From NCBI GenBank assembly GCA_964016885.1, contig OZ024750.1, forward strand, positions 36,580,001 to 36,644,000: a stretch of 64,000 nucleotides of DNA. Reading direction: 5' to 3'. The notes under the pieces are model-generated. The model saw only the letters and a list, made by a program, of their open reading frames with translations, was not told the origin of the DNA and ran no database searches. Position numbers and translations under genes: made by a program. Shown here one piece after another: positions 23,950-36,509 of this stretch (the stretch's first letter is position 1; the number at the start of each line of letters is the position of its first letter). This DNA comes from Eledone cirrhosa (taxonomy: Eukaryota).

Positions 23950-24120
23950 TTCATCATCATCATCATTGCTTTTACGTCCGCTTTTCCATTTTGCATGGGT
24001 TGGACGGGTCCTTATTAGCACAGCATCTCTCCACTTGTCACATTCCTTTGTCATCTATCTCCTCTGCCAGTCTTAGCAATTTGAGGTCCACTCTGAAAAC
24101 TTCTGCCCGGGTCTTTCTAT
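23950..24120 (-). mobile_element. Old RTE-A 3' end
   Basis: catcat tail, ttttacgtccgc, similarity to 27480-27640. Confidence 0.65.
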
Positions 24121-24679
24121 TGTCTGAAGGAAAGGTATGTCTAGGAAGGAAATTCTAGTGAACTGACATTCCATAAAGACAGAATAGACACCATAGTTTG
24201 TGAGGTACTCTTAAAGAGGCAAGTAAACACAAGTGTAATAGGTGGGCTTTGTTAGAGATTATAATGGAAGTAGCTAGCTCTGAGTAGCTAAAGCCATTGT
24301 GGTTGGAAGAGAAAAGACATAGTGAAGAGGCTGGTATTGGTGATTGGTCAGTGTCTCCATGTCCAAATATTTATATAGATGCAGCACACCAAATTAGAAA
24401 TGAATTCTACAGAATATATAACTGATTCCTTCTTCAGTAAAAAGTATTGATAGACATTCTTGTGAGGTTCAGAGATATAATTTTATCACGTTTTAGATTA
24501 TTCAAATGGAAAAGAGATACGCATCAGTTGAAGTTGATGTACAGGATTATAACTGCACTTAAAAGGAGTCAAAAATTCAAATTAACATGGCACCAATCTA
24601 CTTATTGACAAGATCCAATTCTAAATTTTTAAGTAGGAGCTGTGGGATGCCACTTGCTATAGACACACACACACACATA

Positions 24680-24900
24680 TATCATCGTCATCATCATTTT
24701 ATGTTTGATTTTCCATGCTTGCGTAGTTTGGTCTCTTCCATCAGCAATTTGAGATCAGCTTTCACCACCTACACCCAGGTCATCCTCTAATGCGGCTTCC
24801 TTCCACTGGGATTTCTTGGCACTTTTTCACCCATGCACATCATTTGTCCATACCAACACAGTCTTCTCTCAGGAACTCTACAGTGGATTCCTCTTATACC
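24680..24900 (-). mobile_element. Old RTE-A 3' fragment
   Basis: Similarity to 27480-27770 with deletions. Confidence 0.6.
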
Positions 24901-25057
24901 CATGTATATAAGATGGCCAACTGAATACGCACGTTTTTTTTTTTCTCCCCATGTTTTTCCTCATTTTCCCTATTTCTTCCTCTCATCACTCTTTACTTTC
25001 TATTTTGACCACAATTGAAGATGTTCAATTTTTTATGCAGTAATTAGATTATTATAT

Positions 25058-25398
25058 GGAGGCACATGGCTTAGTGCTTAGAGCATTGGCCTTGCAATCG
25101 AAAGGTTGTGAGTTCAATTCTCAAACTGGGTGATGTGTTGTTTCCTTGAGCAAGACACTTTATTTCACATTGCTCCAGTTTACTCAGCTGTAGAAATGAG
25201 ATGATAGGGACTGGGGTCCCTATCATTCCACTGTAAAGTGGACGTGGAGGTGCCACGACAAAAAAGCACCCAGCACTCACTGTAAATGAGGTTGGTGTTA
25301 GGAAGGGCATCCAGCTGTAGAAATCAAGCCAGAATCAGTTCCTGTCCCACCCTTGCAAGCAGGGAAAAAGTGGACGTAAAATGAAATTATGATGATGA
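25058..25398 (+). mobile_element. SINE-A copy
   Basis: Full-length match. Confidence 0.87.
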
Positions 25399-25873
25399 TA
25401 TCAGGTCAAGCAGGGAGGGATTCTTTCAACATGAGTGAGGAAGTTCTGGTTTGGATTGGATTGCATTGGATTTAGATGATATATGATGAAATGTTTGAGA
25501 GTAGGTAGATATCCACTCCACTCGTATTTGTGATTTATTGCTGAGATAAATATAATTATGTGTAATTCATGCATGCCTACCTTAATCAATACAAATATGC
25601 AAATCTACATGTACACACAAACAATTTAATGTCAATACCCAAAAATGTATATTTTCCAATCTAGAATAGAACTGAAGAAAATTAAACTCACAACCACAAA
25701 ATAAAAGAAAAGAAATAATTTTTTCAAATATTTGTTTTCTTTTTAGGAAATTCAGTAACAAATAATATTGGTCTTTTTAGAAACTAAACAAGATGTAAAC
25801 AACAGTTGCTTTTTCCCCTTTCTCTATTATTTACTTTCATTTTTTATTTTAGGAAGATGAAAATATAACTATT

Positions 25874-25926
<53 letters not shown>

Positions 25927-26909
25927 AAAAAAAAAAAATATATATATATATATATTTTTTTTTTAAATAGTTATATTTTCACATACACACACACACACAT
26001 ATGTATATATATATATAACAAATTTAATATTTTTCATGCTCTCTGTTGGAAAAAAGAAAGCAGTCTCTGATAGAAATTATCTAGAACCAGTAAACTTCCT
26101 CCTGTCAGATGTAATTTCAGTAAAGGAGAAAAATTCTGTTTAGAAATAAAAAAGATTAACCCCCCGAAAAATGTAACCTAATTCATGATATTGTTGATGA
26201 TGATGTTTAAGTCCCCTCTTGGGAAATTTTCAAAAATAGATGACGTTTCTGTTATTGGTTTTTCAAAATAGATATTTTATATAGTTAAGACTAGTTCTAA
26301 CCATTTTTCTTTTGTCAGTTGCATTCTCTTTCCTCTCATTTTACCATCTATGGCCAAAAAGAAAAAATCTCATATTATGCATATTCAATCAAAACTGCTT
26401 AACACTAATGCAATTCGTTCATTATTTAATTAGTTTACACATTTTAGTTTTGCTTTTCTTCAAAACAACCATTTATTTATTTTTATTTATTATTATTTTA
26501 TTTTTTTTTTTTTTTTGCAAATACCTTTTATAGCTCCCTCAGGTTAGATTGTTGTTTCATGGCCTCTTTAAATCTGCCACATCAAGGGAAAAAACAATGA
26601 TGGATGTGTAAGAGATGGTATAAATTAATAAATTTAGTGAGCAGAGTGAAACTTGAAATTCTAGATTTCTTGTACCACTCATTAAAAACACAATACAAAA
26701 ACAAGACAAACAATACAAACAGATTGAATTTCATCATATTTGAAGTCTCTTTGGAATACTAAAAATAATTTGAAGGAATATTAACAATGAAATTACATTT
26801 ACAGAACCAGTTCTATGTTATAAAACTGTAGGTTGAAATTAGAAAGAAGATAATAGAAATGTTTCTTCTTTTTATATAGTATATAGATAAAGAAGAAACA
26901 TTACATGAT

Positions 26910-27098
26910 TACTGTAAAGTGGTCGTGTAGGCAACATGGCAAAAAGCACCCAGCACACACTGTAAATATGGTTGGCGTTAGGAAGGACATCCAGCCATAG
27001 AAATCAAGCCCAAATCAATTCAGTGTGAACAAAGGGACAACCCATCCTACCGATCCTAGCATGGAAGATAGACGTTAAACAATAATGATGGTGATGAT
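26910..27098 (+). mobile_element. RTE 3'-UTR fragment
   Basis: actgtaaagtggtcgtg...ggaaggacatccagcc...gatgat tail. Confidence 0.65.
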
Positions 27099-27104
27099 AT
27101 GTAT

Positions 27105-27414
27105 ATCATCATCATTTTACGTCCGCTTTTCCCTGCTTGCAAGGGTGGGACGGGAACTGATTCTGGCTTGAATTCTACAGCTGGATGCCCTTCCTAACAC
27201 CAACCTCATTTACAGTGAGTGCTGGGTGCTTTTTTGCCGTAGCACCTCCACGACCACTTTGCAGTGGAATGATAGGGACCCCAGTCCCTATCATCTCATT
27301 TCTACAGCTGAGTAAACTGGAGCAATGTGAAATAAAGTGTCTTGCTCAAGGAAACAACACATCACCCGGTCTGAGAATTGAACTCACAACTTTTCGATTG
27401 CAAACCCAATGCTC
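27105..27414 (-). mobile_element. SINE-A copy (slightly 5'-truncated)
   Basis: Match to SINE-A. Confidence 0.85.
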
Positions 27415-27467
27415 TTTTTCCATGGTAGCATGGGTTAGACGGGATATATATATATATATATATACAC

Positions 27468-28362
27468 CACCATCATCATCATTTTACATCCATTTTTCCC
27501 TGCTTGAAAGGGTGGGACAGGTCCTATTTTCAGCACAATATCTCTCCATTCGTCACGGTCCTTTGTCATCTCCTCTGTGAGCTTCAGCAATCTGAGATCA
27601 GCTCTCATCACCTCCGCCCATGATTTTTGTGGTCTTCCTCTACTGCGTCTTCCTTCTACTGGGATTTCTTGGCACTTCTTTACCCAGCTGTCATCCTCCA
27701 TGCACATCACACGTCCATACCAATGCAGTCTTCTCTCCCGCACACTACAATTTATCCCTCTTATACACAGTTTCACTCTCAACTCGTCTATGCTTGGTTG
27801 TTCACGTGCATTGACATTGCACATCCATCGAAGCATGCTTGCTTCATTTCTCTCCAGCCGTCGCATATCCTCCGCAGTTGCTGCCCATGTCTCACTACCA
27901 TGCAGCATCACGCATTTCACACTGTCATCATATAACCGGCCTTCCGTTTGTAGGGAGAAACCCTTCATTGTTAACAGAGGAAGCAGCTCCCTAAAATTAT
28001 TCCAACCTATCTTTATTCTAGATAATATGGCCTCTGAGCACCCTCCTCCCTTACTGATTTGATCACCTAGGTATCGGAAGCTATCAACCACTTCTATAGA
28101 TCCCACCTGCATTTGAAAAATGTGTCTATCACTGCCACTTCTACTATCAAATTTCCCTGAACATCTACTGCATATGTAGTTTTCCCTACCTGTTAGTTTG
28201 CCACTACACCTCTTGTGTACTCAAGATGTGCATTGCATTGTGTACATTCTACAGAATTTATGCCAACTTCTTTTCTACTTATCAAACATATCCATTTCCC
28301 TGATGGAATCAGAGTTTTGTCCTCTTTCCTACTTATCAACACTTTAGTCTTAGCTAGGTTCA
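27468..28362 (-). mobile_element. RTE-A LINE 3' portion including a degenerate PHD
   Basis: VNLAKTKVL, GKWIC, FRYLGD, HGSETW, RRLHWYG. Confidence 0.9.
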
Positions 28363-28363
28363 C

Positions 28364-28394
<31 letters not shown>

Positions 28395-28395
<1 letters not shown>

Positions 28396-30261
28396 TTACA
28401 ATATTCAAAGTTCAGTTTAAGTCATTTATTTGCTTACAATTGTTTCCTCCAAACCGAGGTTTGGATTCTTCGGAGCAACTATTTACTGATCTATAACATA
28501 CTTGACCTCCTTTTCAACCCAAGAGACATATAAGACATATACGCATATTGATCAACAGTGGGGTGACATTCATCAAATGATATAGCATGGCAATTTACAT
28601 ATAAAGGTTACAGGATAAAAATAAAATAAAAACAAGAATGAAAATAAAGATAAACATGAAGCGTTGGCAGTCTATGAAGATAAAGCAAGAGGAAAGTTTA
28701 GAGTAGTCAGTGTATGAAACAATTTCACGTGTAGCATGCACGCGTGTCTTATCTATACATGATTAGAGTGCGTCAGAATGATATTTGCAGGGTCAGGCAG
28801 TTGAAGCAGGCAATCAATCTTATTATGCGGGCTCATTTATTCTCATACATCTGTATGATGTACAGTCTCGGATGCAGGGAAACACCAAAATATCAAAAAC
28901 TTTCAACATACTATAAACCTTATTGTGTCGTAGGCAAAGCCGTACCACTGTCTTCGCTCACACCACCACTCACATAATCCATGAGACGCAATATATATAG
29001 AGAACACATGTCTATCGTATAATTCGCGGTGGTTCAGCATATAATCAAGCTATAAACCGTATCCAGTCGGTTCTTAATTAATAGATCATGCTGTCCAGAT
29101 TCCGGAAGTGTCTGAATGACTAAGGGGAATTAATGCGTAAGGGGAGGTAACTAGCTAGTTAACTTAGTTAAATTACTATCCTAAACTACATTAATGGTGA
29201 TTCAAATACGTGCCTATCATATGAAGTTATAACTAATTTCTAGAGTATGTTACCCATTTATAGGTTAGAGAGTTGTCCATTAAGAGGTACAAGGGTGTAT
29301 ATATTAGGATGATTACCATCCATTAAGGGGTGTCATATCTAAACGTGCTATAAGAGGAGTCAGACTCTCAAGTCACTGTTCCATGCAAATGTAATATAAC
29401 AGTAGGACCTGGTATGGTCCCACTATTATATATGCCACCCGGTAGGCTCCGGGTCATTGCATGTCTGAATCTCCAGTAAATCTTCGGTATGGTCCGGAGA
29501 TCCAATTTCTCATATAAAGGCACTAGTCTGGTCATCAAGCAATAGACAACCCCCGTCTCATATATAAATCAATTACGTATCACATCTACAAGCTAGAGTG
29601 GAGTCTATTAATAGGTACTGAAGGAGTTCACATCAAGATGATTACAATCTGGAGATTAAATCTCTCATACCAGGGCACCTGTCCGGCCATCAAGCAATAC
29701 ATAAACCCACGTCCCACATATAGATCAGGTATCCCATCCACAAGTTAGAGTGGAGTCCAGTAACAAGTACTAAAGGAGTTTGTATCATGATGACTACAAT
29801 CCAACATGGGGTGCCACACCCGGCCAATCACATAAGAAGAGTCAGACTACATAATTAACTACATGGGTCTCACTATCAGTAATGGTCTTATTATCATACA
29901 TGACTCCCGGCGAGATTCAGGTCGTAGTATGACTGCATCCCCGGTAAGTTCACCAGGGTGGTCCGGTGGCCGGTTCTTTCGTCAAAAGGTGCCGGTCAGG
30001 TCACCAGGCAACACAGAGGCTCCTAACTCATGCATCTCCTGTGCATAATTCATTGAACTGATCGTTTACAGTATATATTCACATAACAATACGATTATCT
30101 ATCTAATCATCAATCTATCTCTTGGTGGGAATCCATGCACAGGACTATGTTATCGCAACCAGTACCGTGTCCCCAGTTTATACTAATCTTATATTTGTGC
30201 AATGCAGAATAAGTAGTCCACGGTCGAGATATCAGAATTAGAGGTACAAGGGGGTATTCCC
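28395..30261 (-). mobile_element. Non-autonomous Penelope-like element (about 1.87 kb)
   Basis: Hammerhead plus AATAAA at the 3' end abutting (AT)n(AG)n; internal diverged ~155-bp duplication 29518-29811; fold-back palindrome at the other end; no long ORF. Confidence 0.55.
28430..28478 (-). ncRNA. Minimal type I hammerhead ribozyme (U4C core variant)
   Basis: UUGCU-CCGAAGA-A.UCCAAAC(CUCG)GUUUGGA.G-GAAA-CAAUUG-UA-AGCAA. Confidence 0.75.
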
Positions 30262-30355
30262 GACAATCACTCTTGCCTCAAGTGGGAAAACCCCCGTCCA
30301 AACCCATGCATGGGTTTGGACGGGGGTTTTCCCACTTGAGGCAAGAGTGATTGTC
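30262..30355. repeat. 94-bp perfect palindrome
   Basis: 47-bp arms centred on ATG|CAT at 30308/30309. Confidence 0.95.
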
Positions 30356-30950
30356 TTGCTCGCATAGGACTGTCTGGCAGGTTTTCTACAGTTGGATGCC
30401 CTTCCTAACACCAACCACATTTACAGTGTGGGTCTGGGAGGTTTTTACCGTGTTGCCTACACGGCCACATTACAGCGTGGACTGTGTGTTTTTTTGTCGT
30501 GACACCTACACGATCTCATTTGTTTCGGCCTGGATGGTGTGGCACCAACATAACTTTACATAGAAGGGGACGGTGTGGATGGGGTGGGGGTGGTGGGACG
30601 GGGGTGTATTTTGTTAGAGATGCCTACTGACTGTAGTAGGTTTTACTTTGTATTTAGGTAAGGCGGGTCTTCTCTATTACTGAGTACCGCCAAAGGTCTC
30701 GGTCCAGTGACATTGTCTTGGTGAGGTGTAAGTATGTGAGGTCGGAGTTTATCAGCTCGTCCCAGGTTTTTCTGGGTCTGCCTATTCCGTGGCTACCGTC
30801 TATCTTTATTGCCCTGCACTTTGTTATACAGCTATTGTCCTTCATGCGCATCACGTGACCATACCAATGTAGCCTTCTCTCTAGTAAACAATATCTGATC
30901 CCTCTTATTTCTAATTTTTTCCTTAGTTCGTTTATGCTTTGTCGTTCACG
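30309..30950 (-). mobile_element. RTE-B LINE 3' end
   Basis: Close match to 3387-4140; RERQSINELRKKLEIRG...GRPRKTW. Confidence 0.92.
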
Positions 30951-30954
30951 TATA

Positions 30955-31000
<46 letters not shown>

Positions 31001-31617
31001 TTTATCGATAGACAACCACTGGATAGAACTAGTAATTCTGTTTAGTTAATCATGATGTAATAGTAAGAAAAGCACTCTACGTTATGCAACTCATCCAACA
31101 TTAATGTTGAATCCTGTGGTTGGTGCAGAGGCCAGACTGGTGATGTTCCTTTACAGTTTTATTTGCAAAAATAAAATTTAAAGGAACATCACCGGTCGTG
31201 TTTCCTGTTGTTTTCATCAAACCTCTATATATATATATATATATCGAGAACAAAGTTCCTCACTGTAAATGTGGTTGGTGTTAAAAATGCATCCAGCTGT
31301 AAAAAGTCCAGCTAAAATATAGTTCTGTTTGAGCAAGGTACAGCACGGCCAACTTGCCAGACTTGTATCATAATCTGAATGAGCCATCTAACCCATGTAA
31401 GCATGGAAAAACTGATGTTAAATGATAATGATATATTAAGAACAAAATGAGGTTTCACATTAAGGCCTTTATTGATTATGCACAGTTATGACCATTTCAC
31501 AGATGGGTGGCTCAGGATCCATGTCACTGTTATAGACCCAACTCTAGCTCAATCTGCTCATCACACTTGTTAATCTTGCAAAACCAAAATCACATCTGAT
31601 ATCATCCCATTCCAAAC

Positions 31618-31664
<47 letters not shown>

Positions 31665-31670
<6 letters not shown>

Positions 31671-31840
31671 CAGAAGGAATGCAGTAAAAACCTGTTAGAC
31701 CATTACCCACCAGAGTACTCGATACTTGGGGTAGTAGAGTGGGTAATATGAAGGATTTGGGACCGTGACGACTGAGTTCCTGTGGAACTAGCTGTAGAAA
31801 CAGAAGCAGCTCAGCCATCAGGGTCCCAAATCCTTCATAT
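31665..31840 (-). mobile_element. Probable PLE pLTR fragment with internal inversion
   Basis: Homologous to 62045-62170; adjoins (AT)n; 19-bp inverted repeat. Confidence 0.5.
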
Positions 31841-32739
31841 ACATATGTCTCCTTCTCAGCAAGGAAGATGAAAAAAACTTGCCTCTTAATTTTAAATCTT
31901 TAATTTTTAGTGTTTAATTCTTATTAATTCTTTTTAATTGTAATACTCAACATTTGATAACATGAATTTTAATAATATATTGAAACCGGTAATACTTTAT
32001 ATACATTATAAAACTCTTTTTTAAAACAATTGTCCCTCTCATTTTTTCAATACTGTCACTTTGACGAATCAAAGAAAGGAGAAAAAAGAAAAACAGACCC
32101 TAAAATATATTTTCCGTGCTATTTCCAACTTCACCTTTTCTCACTCTATATATATTAGATATTATGAAAAAAATAGTGATAAGTCTCTTCATTTTTCTAG
32201 TGTCAGAATTAGATATAATTATATTCACTTTTTGTTTGGTTGGGATAACATTATATTACACTATCTTTCAGTAGTTAAACTCTAATATATGAATTCATGC
32301 TTTGGCCTGGTAAAGGTTTAAATATGCATTAGATTGAAACAAGTCATACTATCGGGAAAACATTTATATGAATATCTCTTCACTAATGAAATGTCACACT
32401 CTGAAAGGCTTCATGGTAGATGTTAGCTGAGAGACTGTTCGGAATTAATAAATATTGTACATGCTAGCTAATGTAATTCTGTTCAAGTACATAAACCAGA
32501 TCAAAATAGGAATTTAACAGCGAATGTCTTTTAATCATTTTCCCAACTGGAAGATCTTCCTCAAATATTCATTGGCCTAAAATGTTTTAAATTCATGGCA
32601 AGCAATTATAAGATTAATAATATTGATAATAATAACAATAACAATAATAATATTAACAATATGCAAAGAGACCTGATATAATACTGAAGGATTTTAAACA
32701 GAAGGACATGATCGTTCCTATAGGCATGAATGTATTTAT

Positions 32740-32860
32740 AAAATATTTGAAAAACTGGGCAAATATAAAGACCTGGAAATAGAGATTGGAAAAATGTGGA
32801 AGTTGAGAGCTAAAACAATACCAGTGGTTGTAGGCGCTCTAGGAATGATGCCTAAGGCAT
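32740..32860 (+). mobile_element. R4/Dong-like restriction-like endonuclease fragment
   Basis: EKLGKYKDLEIEIGKMWKLRAKTIPVVVGALGM. Confidence 0.75.
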
Positions 32861-32869
32861 CTAATGATG

Positions 32870-33520
32870 CATCTAAAATGCACCGTTCTATGCTCCACTG
32901 CTTCAATTGATTCTGCCAGGACAGTTAAATTGGCCCAGGTTTGCTCTTGCTTAATAAGGTTCTATGCCTGGATCAACTTTTCGTCTTTATTCGTGAGGTC
33001 CATGCTGAAGCATGACCTCTATTTGGCTGCTGCCGCAGTGAAAGCGTTCTTGTTCTTGGTAATGTTCTTAATATTGTTGTTGGTGTTGTCATTGTTGTTG
33101 TTGTTGTTGTTGTTGTTGCTGCTGTTATTGGTGTTGTCATTTTTCTTCACATTTGTATTTTTACTGTTGTTGGTGTTGTTATCGTTGTTGTTGGTGCTGC
33201 TGTTGGCAATACTGTGGTGTTGGTGTTGATATTTGTTGTGGGAGGAGCAGCGTTATTCTCCTCAACGTTTAAACCGCTATCAGACAACAACAGACTTAAA
33301 CTTGAGGGCATGGCTCTGCCATGTTTTTTTTTTTTTATTATATTTTTTTTTAAACAAAGTTCAAATATTTGGGCCAAAAGGCCCAAATACTATAGTTTCC
33401 CCTTCACAGGGCAAAATCCAAGGGCTAATGTCCTTTTCACGACAACAAAAATCTACAATAAATGATTTATGACTGGTAAATACTTACGGGAGCGAGCAAA
33501 ACGACGTCCGATCACACCAA
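32870..33520 (-). mobile_element. Probable L1/Tx1-like 5' UTR and ORF1 start
   Basis: 5' ggacgtcgttttgctcgctcc motif, (CAA)n-rich ORF start, partial similarity to 61400-61540. Confidence 0.4.
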
Positions 33521-34339
33521 TAACCAATAATAATAATAATTTTTTTCCTTTTGTAAGGTTTCTCGAGCAATCAGTTGCTAGGTGCTGTATGTTAATTGGT
33601 CTCGGATCAGTCCATGATTTCAGGGGCTCAATGCATCCCTAGGGTTCTGGTAGAGCTAGTGATGGTAGACATCTGAAGATTAGGTTACAATTTTGATCCC
33701 CAATGAGTTCATGTAGGCGAAATGACAATTTGCCTTTTGGCTGATTCCAGATGTTTTTCTCCACACAGCATGGAAGCAAATCAAGAGTTCTTGGTCTTAA
33801 ATCTAGAGAGAAACATATAATAAATTAACGTTATCTTTATTTTATCACATAAATATTACTATTTAAATGATTGATGTTCACTATAAGAAATATGTTAATA
33901 TAAATATAGTTAAATATCACACAATCCAGAGCTTTCTCAGGGTCTGATGGAGGAACCAGTTTAGGCACCTATCACTTAACAATGAAGTAGGTTGTACTGA
34001 GTTACATAAATATTACTATTTAAATTGTTGATGCTCACTATATGAAATATGTTAACATTAGTTTAGCTAAATATCTCACAGTCCTATCCAAACTAGAGCT
34101 TTCTCACTCCTGTTGGAGAAACCCTCCCTGGTTGATCTCCACGACTTTCCGTTTAGTTTTGGTCATGTCTTCAGGGTTGTAGCCATACTCACCATGCTTG
34201 GCCAATTGTGGGTTAGTGAGGCTATTTAACCCTTAGTTGGAGTGTATGTCTTTGACTCCGAGGAGTTCATCTGCTATTTTAACATCTCTTGTTTTTTTGT
34301 GCTGCTGGGGGATTCACTTATCTTCCTTACCAGGTGAAG

Positions 34340-35095
34340 ATTTGTTGGGGGAGCTGATTTAGTCACCACTGACCACTTGAACATGAAGCAGGTTGTACTG
34401 GGTTACATGGTACCAGTAACAGGCAGAAGCCTGACCTGACCAGAACAGGGTCTTGTGGGAGAGTCAGTTTAGTCACCTATAATTCAACCATGAAGAGGGT
34501 TGTACTGGATTACATGGTGCCAGTACAGGCAGATGCCTAACCTGACCAGACCAGGGTCTTGTGGGAAAGTCAGTTTAGTCACCTATAATTCAACCATGAA
34601 GAGGGTTGTACTGGAGTACATGGTGCCAGTTACAGGCAGGCGCCTAACCTGACCAGACCAGGGTCTTGTGGGAGAGTCAGTTTAGTCACCTATAATTCAA
34701 CCATGAAGAGGGTTGTACTGGAGTACATGGTGCCAGTTACAGGCAGGCGCCTAACCTGACCAGACCAGGGTCTTGTGGGAGAGTCAGTTTAGTCACCTAT
34801 AATTCAACCATGAAGAGGGTTGTACTGGAGTACATGGTGCCAGTTACAGGCAGAAGCCTGACCTGACCAGACCAGGGTCTTGTGGGAGAGTCAGTTTAGT
34901 CACCTATAATTCAACCATGAAGAGGGTTGTACTAGAGTACATGGTGCCAGTTACAGGCAGGCGCCTAACCTGACCAGACCAGAACAGTGTCTAATGGGGG
35001 AGTCAGTTTAGTCATGAACCTCTCAACTATAAAGCAGGTTGTACTAGGTGATATGGTACCCATAGTAGGCCAAAGCCTTGCCTGACCTGATCAGT
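34340..35095. repeat. ~107-bp tandem array, about 7 units
   Basis: gagtcagtttagtcacc at 34461, 34567, 34674, 34781, 34888 and 35000. Confidence 0.93.
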
Positions 35096-35566
35096 ATTTC
35101 ATTTCATATTTCTAAATTCTCAGAATTCAAATTCAACCAAGATAGGTCACTTTACCTTTTCTTCTTACCAAGTCTCTCAAATATATAACAATCAATTGTA
35201 ATCATCCAATCACTTCTTTATAAAAATTGGCAGATTTACAATATTTCTTATCAGTAATTTGGGATATGATCTTGCTGGTGGATGTCAGAGTTTTCTACAT
35301 AAAGAACTTTTCCATTATATCCAATAATAACAACATATTTAGAGGCTACAATACAGATTATTGATTATCTGAATTAATAGCTAAAAGTGCAGATCTGACA
35401 TTACCGTTTCTTCTTTAGTTTATTTCTATTTGCTGTTGTTCTTTCGTTCAATTGTTAATCCACATTTTTGGAAATATGGCACCAGGCCAAAATATTCAAT
35501 CATTATATGTTCTCCATTAACTTTTAATACATCATCTAATCTGGTTCTATAAACCTGTGACATTTT

Positions 35567-35613
<47 letters not shown>

Positions 35614-35819
35614 GGGAGTGGGGGCGGTTGTTGAATCGATAATCAAATCTTTAACAAAATATCATTTGATATATCTATAGCAATTATTGACTTGAATACT
35701 TGATGGAAAAGCAGCTTAATCAAGTATTTGTCTGTTTCCTGGTCATTGTTGCTTCATCAGCTGACCTTAGCTGAGGTTTATATACATTCTTTAGATCTCA
35801 GAGTCATCTTTAATTATCT

Positions 35820-36030
35820 AATAATTGTTTCTACTTTTGGCACAAGGCCCTAATAATTGTTTCTAGTTTTGGCACAAGGCCAGCAATTACCCAGTGTATT
35901 ACTGGTACTTTATTTTATCAACCCCATAAGGATGAAAGGCAAAGTTAACCTCGGCGGGATTTGAACTCAGAATGGCAAGGGCCGTAACTCTATATGTCAA
36001 AGCATGGCGTCCAACCCTCTACCGTTACTG
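35820..36030 (-). mobile_element. SINE-M copy with duplicated tail
   Basis: Meta-like core. Confidence 0.8.
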
Positions 36031-36069
36031 CCTAATAATGACTATTTATAAGGATTACATTGTATTTTA

Positions 36070-36300
36070 TATGATAAAGAATGCTGGGTGAAGAAGTGTC
36101 AGGTGATGGCAGTGGAAGGAAGTTGCAGTAGAGGAAGAGTGAGAAAAGGCTGGGCAGAGGTGGTAAGAGCTGATGTCAAAATGTTGTACATCATATAGGT
36201 GATGATGAAGGAATGCTGTGGGTGGAGGGAGACTGTGTTGGAAAGGACCCATCCAACCCATGCAAACATGGAAATGCAAATATAAAATGTGGATGATGGT
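36070..36300 (+). mobile_element. Old RTE-A 3' end
   Basis: WVKKCQVMAVEG..RGRVRKGWAEVVRAD. Confidence 0.7.
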
Positions 36301-36331
36301 ACATATAGCATTTTTTGTAAATTGCTCAAAA

Positions 36332-36334
<3 letters not shown>

Positions 36335-36406
<72 letters not shown>

Positions 36407-36490
36407 CTCTATCTCCTCTCTCTCTCTCTCTCTATCTATCTCTCTCTCTCTCTGTCCTCTCTCTGTCCTCTCTCTCTCTCTCTCTCTCTA
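36335..36490. repeat. (CT)n / (CTAT)n microsatellite
   Basis: Direct inspection. Confidence 0.95.
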
Positions 36491-36509
36491 GGAGTAACAC
36501 AAATACACA

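Noticed and set aside
35725-35770. Minus-strand CTGATGA...GAAAC motif
   Set aside because: No convincing stems or UH site
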